From: Patescibacteria group bacterium
Lineage (GTDB): Bacteria; Patescibacteriota; UBA1384; XYA2-FULL-43-10; 1-14-0-10-43-13
Length of the DNA stretch: 64,000 bases
Direction: 5' to 3'
Assembly: GCA_038078835.1 (NCBI GenBank)
Contig: JBBTQI010000009.1
Span: 3,714 to 67,713, forward strand
Part shown: piece after piece, positions 49,682-59,069 of the stretch
How positions within the stretch are numbered: position 1 is the stretch's first letter
How the letters are laid out: each line of letters opens with the position of its first letter
Program-made: the position numbers and the translations under genes
Notes under the pieces: model-generated
What the model was told of the DNA's origin: nothing
What the model saw: the letters and a program-made list of their open reading frames with translations, nothing else
Databases searched by the model: none

Positions 49682-52156
49682 ATGAAGAACAATGAATCTA
49701 AAAACATCTCTCTCTCGATCTCCGGAATGCACTGCTCTTCCTGCGCGGGCATCATTGAGAGAGCGCTTAAAAAGACGCCGGGAGTAAAATCGGCCAATGT
49801 TAACTTTGCGGCCGAAAAAGCCCTTATCCACCTCAACGAAAAAGGCGCTTCTCCCCTAGATCTTATTGGCGCTGTGAAAAAAGCCGGCTACAAGGCCCAG
49901 CTTATTGACAGAAATGATACCGAGCATGAATCAGCTAAGCGTCAAAGAGAGACTGTTGCTCTCTGGAAAAAGTTCCGCTTCAGTTTCACGCTAAGCCTCC
50001 CTATGCTCTACTTTATGCTGCTTGATTTTTTTAAGTGGCTGCCGGGCGCCGAGCTGTTGCCGCCCTATTTTGGCGTTATTTCCTTTCTTCTGGCTACACC
50101 GGTCCAATTCATCGTCGGCGCCGGTTTCTATAAAGGGATGTGGTCAAGTCTTCGTATGAAGACATTTAATATGGATTCCCTGATTGCTATTGGTACTTCG
50201 ACGGCTTATCTCTACAGTTTGGTTAATTTCTTTATATTTATGGCGCAGAACGGAACATTGCTCGGTTTGGCCGGAGAAAAGATTCCCGAACTTTACTTTG
50301 AAACTGCCGCTTTTCTCATAACCTTTGTTGGGCTTGGCAAATGGTTGGAGGCGCGGGCAAAGGGCCGAACATCGGAAGCGATCAAGAAATTAATGGGGTT
50401 GCAGGCTAAGACGGCTCGTGTTATTCGGAATGGTGTGACCTCGGATATTCCAATCGACGAAGTTGTAACCGGCGATATTATTCTGGTTCGCCCCGGTGAG
50501 AAAATCCCGGTTGACGGTAAGATCGTCAAGGGCTCATCTGCCATTGATGAGTCAATGATTACTGGCGAATCCTTGCCGGTTGAGAAAAATGTTGGTGATG
50601 GTGTTGTCGGTGCTACAATTAACAAAACCGGCTCATTCGAATTTGAAGCCACTCGTGTCGGTTCGGAAACGACTTTGGCTCAGATCATTCGCCTGATTGA
50701 AGAAGCCCAGGGTTCCAAGGCGCCAATTCAAGCGTTTGCCGACCGCATCTCGGCTTACTTTGTGCCAATTGTGATCGCATTAGCCATCTTGACATTTATC
50801 GTTTGGTTTTTGATACTTGGTGAAAGTTTGTCTTTCGCCCTTATGGCTTTCACTGCCGTCATTGTTATAGCCTGTCCCTGCGCTTTGGGCCTGGCAACAC
50901 CGACAGCAATTATGGTTGGCACCGGCAAGGGCGCCGAGCATGGCATTCTTGTTAAGGGCGGCGAACCGCTTGAAAAAGCCTGCAAGATAAACACAGTAGT
51001 TTTTGATAAAACCGGAACATTGACCAATGGTAAACCGGTTGTGACTGATATTTTGACTCTGAGCGATGTGGATGAAGATGAAGTTTTAGCAATTGCGGCC
51101 AGTCTGGAAAAATCCTCAGAACATCCTTTGGCTGAGGCAATTTACACTTATGCCAATAAAGAGTCCATCGCCCTGGAAGATGTCGTCAATTTCAAAGCAA
51201 TCCCCGGCCATGGAGTCGAGGGCAATATTGGCAAGACTAAATATTATTTTGGTAACCGGCGGCTTATTGAAACGATTGGGCTGGATACTCAGCTTCAAGT
51301 TTCAAGTTTCAAGCTTCAAGAACTAGAGGAGCAGGGTAAGACTGCCATGATTCTGGCGACGAAAGAAAAAATTGTCGGCATCATCGCCGTCGCCGATACA
51401 GTTAAAGAAACTTCCAAGGAAGCTGTGGCTAAATTACAAGCAAGGGGCATTACTGTCTATATGATCACCGGCGACAATGAACGCACTGCTAAAGCCATTG
51501 CCAAGGAGGTTGGCATTACTAACGTCCTGGCAGAAGTTCTACCCAAAGATAAAGCCGCTGAAGTCAAAAGGCTTCAGAATGACCAGCCGCCGGGAGACAA
51601 TAACCAAACAAAGACATCTGGCAATTTGAGAATTGGAACTCGGAATTTATTTGGTTTTTGGAGTTTGGTATTTGGTGTTTCCACAACTCGTCAAAAACGA
51701 GTTGTGGCCATGGTTGGCGACGGTATTAATGATGCTCCCGCTCTGGCTCAGGCCGATCTGGGCATTGCCATGGGTAGCGGCACGGATGTAGCTATGGAAA
51801 CGGGCGGCATTGTTATCATTAAAAATGACCTAAATGATGTCGTAAATGCTATTCAGTTGTCCATGGAAACAATGAGTAAAATCAAGCAAAATATGTTCTT
51901 TGCTCTCTTCTATAATGTTGCCGGCATTCCGATTGCCGCCCGGGTTTTTGCCGGCGCCGGCCTGATTTTAAAACCGGAGTTGGCCGGCTTGGCTATGGCT
52001 CTCTCCTCTGTCTCGGTTGTAACCAACTCTCTTTTGCTTCGCCGCTATCAGCCAAACCGCAGAAACTGGCTTTCCCTCATTGCTCCCCCTGTAATGATCG
52101 TGTTCTTCTTCCTTCTTTTTCTTGAATTTGCCCGCTTGAGCACGGAGATGAAGTAA
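49682..52156 (+). CDS. copA: Copper-translocating P1B-type ATPase CopA, with a ~40-aa in-frame insertion
   Basis: 'GMHCSSCAG' (HMA), 'CPC', 'DKTGTLT' and '[10 protein letters not shown]'. The insertion '[41 protein letters not shown]' at ~51585-51700 contains the perfect palindrome 'ccacaactcgtcaaaaacgagttgtgg' and a 'tttgg' repeat. There is also a 'caagtttcaagtttcaagcttcaag' tandem at 51294-51320. Confidence 0.92.
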   Translation: MKNNESKNISLSISGMHCSSCAGIIERALKKTPGVKSANVNFAAEKALIHLNEKGASPLDLIGAVKKAGYKAQLIDRNDTEHESAKRQRETVALWKKFRFSFTLSLPMLYFMLLDFFKWLPGAELLPPYFGVISFLLATPVQFIVGAGFYKGMWSSLRMKTFNMDSLIAIGTSTAYLYSLVNFFIFMAQNGTLLGLAGEKIPELYFETAAFLITFVGLGKWLEARAKGRTSEAIKKLMGLQAKTARVIRNGVTSDIPIDEVVTGDIILVRPGEKIPVDGKIVKGSSAIDESMITGESLPVEKNVGDGVVGATINKTGSFEFEATRVGSETTLAQIIRLIEEAQGSKAPIQAFADRISAYFVPIVIALAILTFIVWFLILGESLSFALMAFTAVIVIACPCALGLATPTAIMVGTGKGAEHGILVKGGEPLEKACKINTVVFDKTGTLTNGKPVVTDILTLSDVDEDEVLAIAASLEKSSEHPLAEAIYTYANKESIALEDVVNFKAIPGHGVEGNIGKTKYYFGNRRLIETIGLDTQLQVSSFKLQELEEQGKTAMILATKEKIVGIIAVADTVKETSKEAVAKLQARGITVYMITGDNERTAKAIAKEVGITNVLAEVLPKDKAAEVKRLQNDQPPGDNNQTKTSGNLRIGTRNLFGFWSLVFGVSTTRQKRVVAMVGDGINDAPALAQADLGIAMGSGTDVAMETGGIVIIKNDLNDVVNAIQLSMETMSKIKQNMFFALFYNVAGIPIAARVFAGAGLILKPELAGLAMALSSVSVVTNSLLLRRYQPNRRNWLSLIAPPVMIVFFFLLFLEFARLSTEMK

Positions 52157-52180
52157 GGGCAACTGGCAGAAAGGAGAACA

Positions 52181-52708
52181 ATGAATAAGACCGGACGCGA
52201 CCCCACAATGTTAATTGCTTTTATTGTCGGCGCTATTCTCTTTGCCGCTCTCGTTATCTTTGTTTTAATTGCTTCCAGATCGGAAGATGGAAAGAGAGCG
52301 GCGGTTCAGACATATTCGGGCGCCGCCGAAGATGCTCCCCGGGTGGTTTTGAGTCAGGACTATTTTAATTATGGTCCCCTGAAAAACAAGTTTGATATTA
52401 TCACTCACAGTTTTACTATTACCAATGAAGGAAAGTCCGACCTGTTTGTGTATAAACTGACCACCTCCTGCCACTGTACCACGGCGCAGTTAATTTATAA
52501 TAATGAATCAAGCCCGAAGTGGGGTATGACCTCAAGCCAACTCTGGTACGTGCCGATCAAGCCGGGTGAGTCTGCGACAGTCGTCATAGAATATGATCCG
52601 AAGCAGATGATTAATGACGGCCTTATTCAGAGGGCGATTTATATCGGCACAAATGATCCCGAGAGTCCGGAGTTAACCTATAAGTTTGATGCGGAGAACA
52701 ACCTTTAA
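52181..52708 (+). CDS. DUF1573-domain protein with an N-terminal TM anchor
   Basis: 'TSCHCTTA' matches the DUF1573 SCxCT motif. Confidence 0.55.
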   Translation: MNKTGRDPTMLIAFIVGAILFAALVIFVLIASRSEDGKRAAVQTYSGAAEDAPRVVLSQDYFNYGPLKNKFDIITHSFTITNEGKSDLFVYKLTTSCHCTTAQLIYNNESSPKWGMTSSQLWYVPIKPGESATVVIEYDPKQMINDGLIQRAIYIGTNDPESPELTYKFDAENNL

Positions 52709-53949
52709 TGGAGTGGTCTCGTTTCTTTAACCTGAAATTGCCGCACGGATTCCGGAGCAATGTCGGAGCGCTAGCTCTCGGGTTGGCGACCCTGCTTTTA
52801 GTAAACGTAAAAATTACTTTGGCCGAGGAAGCGGCAACGCTTTATTACAACAAGGCGTGTGGTGACTGTCAGATTTATGTCGAACAGGAGCTTGTTCCGG
52901 CACTGGCTGAATCCGGCATTGTTTTAGAGATTAAGGATTATCTTAATGAGCCGAAGTACCGGACCGAATTATATGCCAAAAACCAGGAACTGGAGGTGCC
53001 AACCGACCTTCAGGATAATCTAACCGTCTTCTTCCCCAACGGCTTAATCACCGAGGGTCACGTCCCATTAGAGTTAATAAAAGAGGCGCTGCAACCAGAG
53101 AATAGGTCAAAGTATGACAAACTCATACTTTACCAGCCGGAGATGCATAAGGATATTAAATCTTACAAGATCCAGAAGAATGACTATGCGGTCAGAGATA
53201 TGCGAATGTCTGATTCGCTCTCAAGTGTGCTGTCAGAAAAGTTACTCTGGAATATTAAAGCTGATTCTAAAAAAAGCGTCTTATACCTGACAATAATCGG
53301 TGGTCTGGCCAATAGTATCCACCCTTGTTCGATCGCTGTGCTACTTCTACTGCTTGGATTTCTTTACTCAATTAAACAATCTCCAAAGCGTATCCTTTTA
53401 CTTGGTTTCACTTTTATTCTCGGTGTTTTCCTGGTCTATCTCGGTATCGGCTTTGGCATCTTAAAGGCAGTTAGGATTTCAAGTAATCCCTTCTTTGCCG
53501 CCGAGGTTGCAGCGATCGGCTTAGCTGTTCTTGGGCTAATCAACATCAAAGATGTTTTTTGGCCTCATTTGCCAATTCATATTAGGATGCCATCATTTAC
53601 CGATAAGGTTTACGATTTGGTAGCAACAAAAGCCACAGTGCCTCTAACTTTACTGCTGGGTGCTGCCGTTGGATTGTGCGCATTCCCCTGTACGGGCGGA
53701 ATCTACACTGCCATCATCACTACGCTTGCCACCACCAAGCAGCTTTCATTTGTTCTTTACCTATTCTTGTATAACTTCCTCTTCATATCACCTTTGATTT
53801 TAATTACGGCGCTTTCCGGCAACGAGAAAGTTTTCGAGAGATTCCTTGATTTCCAGGCCAAAAACTCCCGACGTGCCCGCTTTTTGATCGGGCTGGCGAT
53901 GGTTGCGATTGCTCTGTTGGTCTGGCTATGGTTGGGGAGTATGAGATGA
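52708..53949 (+). CDS. CcdA/DsbD-like thiol:disulfide interchange membrane protein with an N-terminal CxxC domain
   Basis: 'YYNKACGDCQ' (CxxC). Membrane-embedded 'SIHPCSIAVLLLLLG' and 'CAFPCTGG'. Confidence 0.5.
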   Translation: MEWSRFFNLKLPHGFRSNVGALALGLATLLLVNVKITLAEEAATLYYNKACGDCQIYVEQELVPALAESGIVLEIKDYLNEPKYRTELYAKNQELEVPTDLQDNLTVFFPNGLITEGHVPLELIKEALQPENRSKYDKLILYQPEMHKDIKSYKIQKNDYAVRDMRMSDSLSSVLSEKLLWNIKADSKKSVLYLTIIGGLANSIHPCSIAVLLLLLGFLYSIKQSPKRILLLGFTFILGVFLVYLGIGFGILKAVRISSNPFFAAEVAAIGLAVLGLINIKDVFWPHLPIHIRMPSFTDKVYDLVATKATVPLTLLLGAAVGLCAFPCTGGIYTAIITTLATTKQLSFVLYLFLYNFLFISPLILITALSGNEKVFERFLDFQAKNSRRARFLIGLAMVAIALLVWLWLGSMR

Positions 53950-54854
53950 GGAGAGTTGTCCTCGCGGCGGCAATATTTAGCTTTGTCGGATTGGCTGCTT
54001 TCGGCCAGATTAAATTCATCATCGAAATACTGGCTCCGGGCAAAAGACCAAACAACGTTATTAACCGGAATAAACAATCAGGCATTAATGATGAAAATAC
54101 TAATTTAATGAAAGTCGTTTTGCCGGCCGGCGGCGTTGAGGCGCCCATAAAGTGGGAAGATCTCGGCAAACAGTTGGTTGGTAATGGTGTTATCAATCAG
54201 GCTAAGCTTGAAAATCTCCACAGAGAACGAGGCGAGTTTGATGAGGAGGCGAAGCGGTTAATTGAGTCGACGGTTAATGATCCAATCACCGTGACCGAGA
54301 GTAGCGCCGGTGTTATCTTAAACCTCCTCTGGGCTTTTGGCCTGGCCAATAAAAATCCAATTTTAGAAAATGGTCAAATGGCTGATCCTCGCTATGGCGG
54401 CGTTGAAAAATTTGCTTCGACCGGCGGTTGGAATCTGGCCAGAGGCAATGCTATGGATCATTACTCTAAGTATGAGTTTGTGAAACTAACCACAGAACAA
54501 CAAGCATTGGTTGAAAAGATTTCTAGTAATATTTATCGCCCATGTTGTGATAATCCTACGGATTTCCCCGACTGTAATCATGGCATGGCTATGCTTGGAC
54601 TCCTGGAGTTGATGGCCGCTAATGGCGTTGGTGAGGATCAGATGTATAAGGTGGCGCTTCAAGTCAATTCTTACTGGTTTCCGGGATACTATCCGGTCAT
54701 CGCCGAGTACTTCAAAACACAGGGTACTGATTGGGATAAAGTTGATCCGAAAGAAGTATTAAGCAAAAAATATTCCAGCGCTTCGGGCTATAAGCGTATC
54801 GAGGCAAAGATTTCGCCATCCAACAATGGCCGAGGAAGCAGCTGTGGAACATAG
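53946..54854 (+). CDS. Secreted hypothetical protein with a Cys-rich 'CCDNPTDFPDCNHG' motif
   Basis: Signal-peptide-like 'MRRVVLAAAIFSFVGLAAFG'. Confidence 0.4.
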   Translation: MRRVVLAAAIFSFVGLAAFGQIKFIIEILAPGKRPNNVINRNKQSGINDENTNLMKVVLPAGGVEAPIKWEDLGKQLVGNGVINQAKLENLHRERGEFDEEAKRLIESTVNDPITVTESSAGVILNLLWAFGLANKNPILENGQMADPRYGGVEKFASTGGWNLARGNAMDHYSKYEFVKLTTEQQALVEKISSNIYRPCCDNPTDFPDCNHGMAMLGLLELMAANGVGEDQMYKVALQVNSYWFPGYYPVIAEYFKTQGTDWDKVDPKEVLSKKYSSASGYKRIEAKISPSNNGRGSSCGT

Positions 54855-55086
54855 TAAATTTTCCGGTTGCACCATTCACAAACATAGGTAAAAGTGTTAT
54901 ATTACACCAATTGGCTCGCAGTCTGAGCACATTTTTATTTTGCGCTTACACTGCGTGCCGATTCTGGCCGCAACATCACTCTGACAGCTCGTTTTCGGGA
55001 TGATTTGGTATATAAAATCAAATGGAAAGTTGATATGATGTGGTTATGGTTCGATAATTTGCCAAAAGTGATTTAGGAAAAAGACC

Positions 55087-55749
55087 ATGAATTACAAAAT
55101 TATTAAAGTAGCGCTGGTCATGTTATTTTTCATGTCTATAATATCTTTCCAGTTTGCAAATAACCAGACAGTGATCCTAGCATCGGATTCTTCAACTGCA
55201 GCCGATGAAGCGTCCGGCAAGGCTGTGTGGGAAAAGCTGCAAAATAAAACAGCCGAATGCAAAGATTTGTCCAATGATGATTTCGATGCGCTTGGCGACT
55301 ATTACATGGGCCAGATGGCCGGCAGTTCCCATCAAGCAATGGACAAAATGATGGCCTGGCGTCTCGGCGAAGATGGCGAACGGCAGATGTATATTGCCAT
55401 GGGCAAGCGGCTTTCCGGCTGCGACCCCAATGCGGCCTATCCGGATCAAGTTGCCGGTTTTTGGCCGATGATGGGAGGAGGTGGGCATCTGATGATGGGT
55501 TATAATTGGGACAATATGATGAATGGTTTTTGGGGCTATAATTGGTTTGGAGTTGTTATGATGATATTGTTTTGGATTTTAATAATTGCCGGCATAATTT
55601 GGCTGGTGAGATACCTAGGCGGATCCTCAAATGTTGTTGGAATAAATACCGGCAGAGAAAAATCGCCGATGGATATTCTCAAGGAACGTTATGCCAAGGG
55701 CGAGATTAATAAGGAAGAGTTTGAAGAAAAGAAAAAGGACTTGGTCTAA
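55087..55749 (+). CDS. Met-rich membrane protein with a C-terminal SHOCT domain
   Basis: 'ILKERYAKGEINKEEFEEKKKDL' is the SHOCT pattern. The central region 'WPMMGGGGHLMMGYNWDNMMNGFWGYNW' is Met/Gly/Trp-rich. Confidence 0.55.
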   Translation: MNYKIIKVALVMLFFMSIISFQFANNQTVILASDSSTAADEASGKAVWEKLQNKTAECKDLSNDDFDALGDYYMGQMAGSSHQAMDKMMAWRLGEDGERQMYIAMGKRLSGCDPNAAYPDQVAGFWPMMGGGGHLMMGYNWDNMMNGFWGYNWFGVVMMILFWILIIAGIIWLVRYLGGSSNVVGINTGREKSPMDILKERYAKGEINKEEFEEKKKDLV

Positions 55750-55987
55750 ATTTCGCGAACTAGTACCGTTACATCTTGATTTCAGTGCAGTTTCTCCAAA
55801 CTCTAACACACCGGTTTTAAAAGGGACTGTGCTGCGTCAAAACTATGATGTAACGGTACTAGTGGCGGCATATCTCATCGAACAAGGCAAAAGTCCAGCA
55901 AAAGCTGTTGAGTTCATTAAAACAAAACGTCCATCGGTTCACCTACGGGACGCTCAAAAAGAAGTCTTATATGAATTCTCACAATAA
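55691..55987 (+). pseudogene. Possible remnant of a dual-specificity phosphatase C-terminus (no catalytic CxxGxxR loop)
   Basis: 'VTVLVAAYLIEQGKSPAKAVEFIKTKRPSVHLRDAQKEVLYEF' resembles a DSP C-terminal helix. A 17-bp perfect inverted repeat (55761-55777 and 55848-55864) lies in the region. Confidence 0.25.
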
Positions 55988-55998
55988 TCGGGAGGGGT

Positions 55999-57111
55999 TT
56001 GTCTCTTATTGCACTCAAAAACCTACTTCAAGAAAGAACTAAGTTGGCTATCTGTATTGGTGGCGTAGCTTTTTCTGTTCTCCTTATCCTGATTATGAAC
56101 GGTCTTTATCAGGGCTGGAGCGTTAAAATGGGAGCCTATCCCGAAAGCATTCCGGCCGATCTTTGGGTGGAGCAAGCCGGAGTTGGCGACATGTATCATG
56201 CACTCTCGTTTTTGCCGGACAATCTCTCCGCTAAATTAGAGAGTATCGAAGGGGTAAGGAGCGCCAACAAATATCTTGGCCGGCAGGCGATGTTTGATTA
56301 CAACGGCAAAGACCGATCTCTTTTTTTGGTTGGACTTGATACAAAAACCGGCACAACAAAGCCGTACAAAATGAAGGAGGGCAGTTGGCAGAATTTGAAA
56401 GACGGAGAGATAATTATCGATCAAGTATTTGCCAAAGATACAAGTTTGAAAATTGGCGATACTTTAGACATTAACGGCGAAAAACTAAGAATCGCCGGCA
56501 TCTCTGACGGCGGCAACATAATCACTTTCTCTTTTGCTTTCGTCACCATGCAACAGGCGGCCAAAATGTTCAATTTGGGCGAAAAGGTTAATTTCTATCT
56601 CTTAAATATTGACTCTGCCGCAGATTTGTTAACTGTTAAGAATCGTGTCGAAAAAGAAATATCCGGATCAAAGGTTCTGACTAAGACCGAGTATGTTACA
56701 ACTTCGAAGAAGGTTATCACCGACACATTTCTCCCAATTATTGCAGTATTGGTTGTTATCGCACTGGCGGTTGGCATTGCCGTTATCGGACTGACTACCT
56801 ACTCGGCCACAATTGAGAAAGCCCGCGAGTATGGGGTATTAAAAGCTATTGGCCTCAATAACCTTCAACTTTTCAAGACTGTTATTATCCAGGCGCTAAT
56901 TTCCGGTTTAATCGGCTACGTGGTGGGTGTTGGATTAGCCTATCTTGTCGGATATATTGCCACGAATATAGTATCTGCTTTTGTGACCCTAATTCGTCCG
57001 GTTGATCTGCTTTGGGTTTTTGGGGCTACGGTTCTAATGTCTTTAATTGCCGCCTATATCCCGATGAAAAGAATTTTTTCTATTGATCCAGCAGAGGTGT
57101 TTAAGTCTTAA
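55999..57111 (+). CDS. ABC transporter permease (FtsX-like/MacB-type)
   Basis: N-terminal TM, a large extracytoplasmic domain, then three C-terminal TMs. Confidence 0.75.
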   Translation: MSLIALKNLLQERTKLAICIGGVAFSVLLILIMNGLYQGWSVKMGAYPESIPADLWVEQAGVGDMYHALSFLPDNLSAKLESIEGVRSANKYLGRQAMFDYNGKDRSLFLVGLDTKTGTTKPYKMKEGSWQNLKDGEIIIDQVFAKDTSLKIGDTLDINGEKLRIAGISDGGNIITFSFAFVTMQQAAKMFNLGEKVNFYLLNIDSAADLLTVKNRVEKEISGSKVLTKTEYVTTSKKVITDTFLPIIAVLVVIALAVGIAVIGLTTYSATIEKAREYGVLKAIGLNNLQLFKTVIIQALISGLIGYVVGVGLAYLVGYIATNIVSAFVTLIRPVDLLWVFGATVLMSLIAAYIPMKRIFSIDPAEVFKS

Positions 57112-57113
57112 CT

Positions 57114-57833
57114 ATGAGCATATTAGAAATCAATAATTTATCAAAGGTCTATGGCTCGGGCCACACGCAAGTTAAAGCAGTGGATGATATTTCGTTGCAG
57201 ATCAATGAAAGTGAGATTATTTTGGTTATGGGGCCAAGCGGCAGCGGCAAAACAACATTTTTGACGATGATCGGAACCTTACTCAAGCCGACTTCGGGAC
57301 AGATTTTGTTTGATGAAAAGAATCTGGCTAAGATGTCCGAGAGGGATTTACCAAAGTTCAGGCTGGATAATCTGGGCTTTGTTTTTCAGTCGTTTAATCT
57401 TTTGTCGTCTCTGACAGCACTGGAGAATGTCGCTATTCCATTAATTGCCGCCGGAGTTAAAAAGGGTGAAGCACTTAGGAGAGCCAAAGATGCCTTGGAA
57501 AAATTGGAGCTCGGCCAACGATTGAGCAATCTCCCCCGCGACCTCTCCGGTGGTGAGAAACAGCGCGTCTCTATCGCCAGAGCCTTAGTCAACAATCCCA
57601 AAATTATTCTGGCTGATGAGCCGACGGCTAATCTTGACTCTAAAATCGGCCACGAGGTCATGACCCTTTTTTGTTCCATTGGTTGTGAACAGCAAAAAAC
57701 TGTCATCATTGTTAGCCATGATGAACGGATCAAAGAGGTCGCGCACAGAGTACTCTACATTGAAGATGGCAAATTGATCCGGGCAGAAAAAGGCCGCCAC
57801 GCGGAAACGTGCCTGATGAAGGGTCGCCACTGA
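57114..57833 (+). CDS. ABC transporter ATP-binding protein (LolD/MacB-type)
   Basis: 'GPSGSGKTT', 'LSGGEKQRVSIARAL', 'ILADEPTANLD'. Confidence 0.9.
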   Translation: MSILEINNLSKVYGSGHTQVKAVDDISLQINESEIILVMGPSGSGKTTFLTMIGTLLKPTSGQILFDEKNLAKMSERDLPKFRLDNLGFVFQSFNLLSSLTALENVAIPLIAAGVKKGEALRRAKDALEKLELGQRLSNLPRDLSGGEKQRVSIARALVNNPKIILADEPTANLDSKIGHEVMTLFCSIGCEQQKTVIIVSHDERIKEVAHRVLYIEDGKLIRAEKGRHAETCLMKGRH

Positions 57834-57903
57834 CAAGCCAGAGGCGCTTAGGCATTGAAATATATCGTCATTAGCGATATATTTTTTAAGCACAAGGAAA
57901 AAA

Positions 57904-58713
57904 ATGGCAAAGATACTTGACGGTAAGAAAATCAGGGATGAGATACTGGCTGGTCTCAAAGAGAGTCTTGCAGCTCGGGGAACCAAACCGACTTTGGCGG
58001 TTATTCTGGCCGGCGACGATCCGGTTTCAGCGGCTTACGTCGGCTTGAAGCAGAAGATCGCCGAAAAGATCGGTGTCGGTTTTGAATTGTATCGGTATAG
58101 TCAGAATGCCTCGGAGAATGAGATTTTAACTAAGATCCGGTCATTAAATAATAACCTCGGTATTAATGGAATTATGGTTCAAATTCCCTTGCCATCCGGT
58201 TTTGACCGCGATAAATTGATCGAGGCAATTTCGCCGGACAAAGATATCGACGGCCTGCGCTACTGTGTAGGTCTCTCCTCTGATTTTTTCCCGCCCGTTG
58301 TCTTGGCCGTCGCCAGAGCACTGGAACTCTCCGGAACAAACCCGGCGCGATCAGATGTTGTCATTATCGGCCGAGGCTTTCTGGTGGGTGATCCGCTTTG
58401 TCGATATTTTGAGGGTAAGATCAAAAAGCTAGTAGTCGCCGATTCATCAACACCTGATTTAACCTCAATCATAAGACAGGCGAATGTGGTCATTTCTGCC
58501 GTCGGGCGGGCCGGCATCATCACCGCGGAGATGGTCAAGGAGAGTGTCGTGCTAATCGATGCCGGCACGAGCGAGGCGGGCGGCGAGATTAGGGGTGATA
58601 TTGACCCCAAGGCACATGCTAAAGCTTCATTTTATACTCCCGTCCCCGGCGGTATCGGCCCGGTGACAGTAGCAATGCTGATACAGAATTTAGTTAGTAC
58701 TGTATTGACATAG
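57904..58713 (+). CDS. folD: Bifunctional 5,10-methylene-THF dehydrogenase/cyclohydrolase
   Basis: 'MAKILDGKKIRDEI...GIMVQIPLP...DKDIDGL...VVIIGRGFLVGDPL' is the FolD pattern. Confidence 0.9.
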   Translation: MAKILDGKKIRDEILAGLKESLAARGTKPTLAVILAGDDPVSAAYVGLKQKIAEKIGVGFELYRYSQNASENEILTKIRSLNNNLGINGIMVQIPLPSGFDRDKLIEAISPDKDIDGLRYCVGLSSDFFPPVVLAVARALELSGTNPARSDVVIIGRGFLVGDPLCRYFEGKIKKLVVADSSTPDLTSIIRQANVVISAVGRAGIITAEMVKESVVLIDAGTSEAGGEIRGDIDPKAHAKASFYTPVPGGIGPVTVAMLIQNLVSTVLT

Positions 58714-59069
58714 TTTTAATAAAATATTAAGGTTTGCTCTTGGCGGGGACCAGTTTATTCTCTATAATAGAATAGAACTAATAATATTCGCGTTTCGGAG
58801 GGAGCCATTTGGCGTTTCTAAAGCGGTTTAGAGATGTTTTGAGGTTAAACAAGAGGGGGAACTCTTTTCGCGTGTCTGTTTCAGTATCCACCTCGAAAGT
58901 GAATGCGCCCAAACACCTTCGAGGTGAAATGGTCTCGGAAGTTGTCTGTCTTCATCCGCGCCACTCAAAACCTCGACTTAAAAGTTTAAGTAAGGCTCAT
59001 TCTTATCTTTGCGCCAAGTCGCCTCGCTATCACGCTTGGCATCATCATCCCCACCATCAGAAGATTCAC

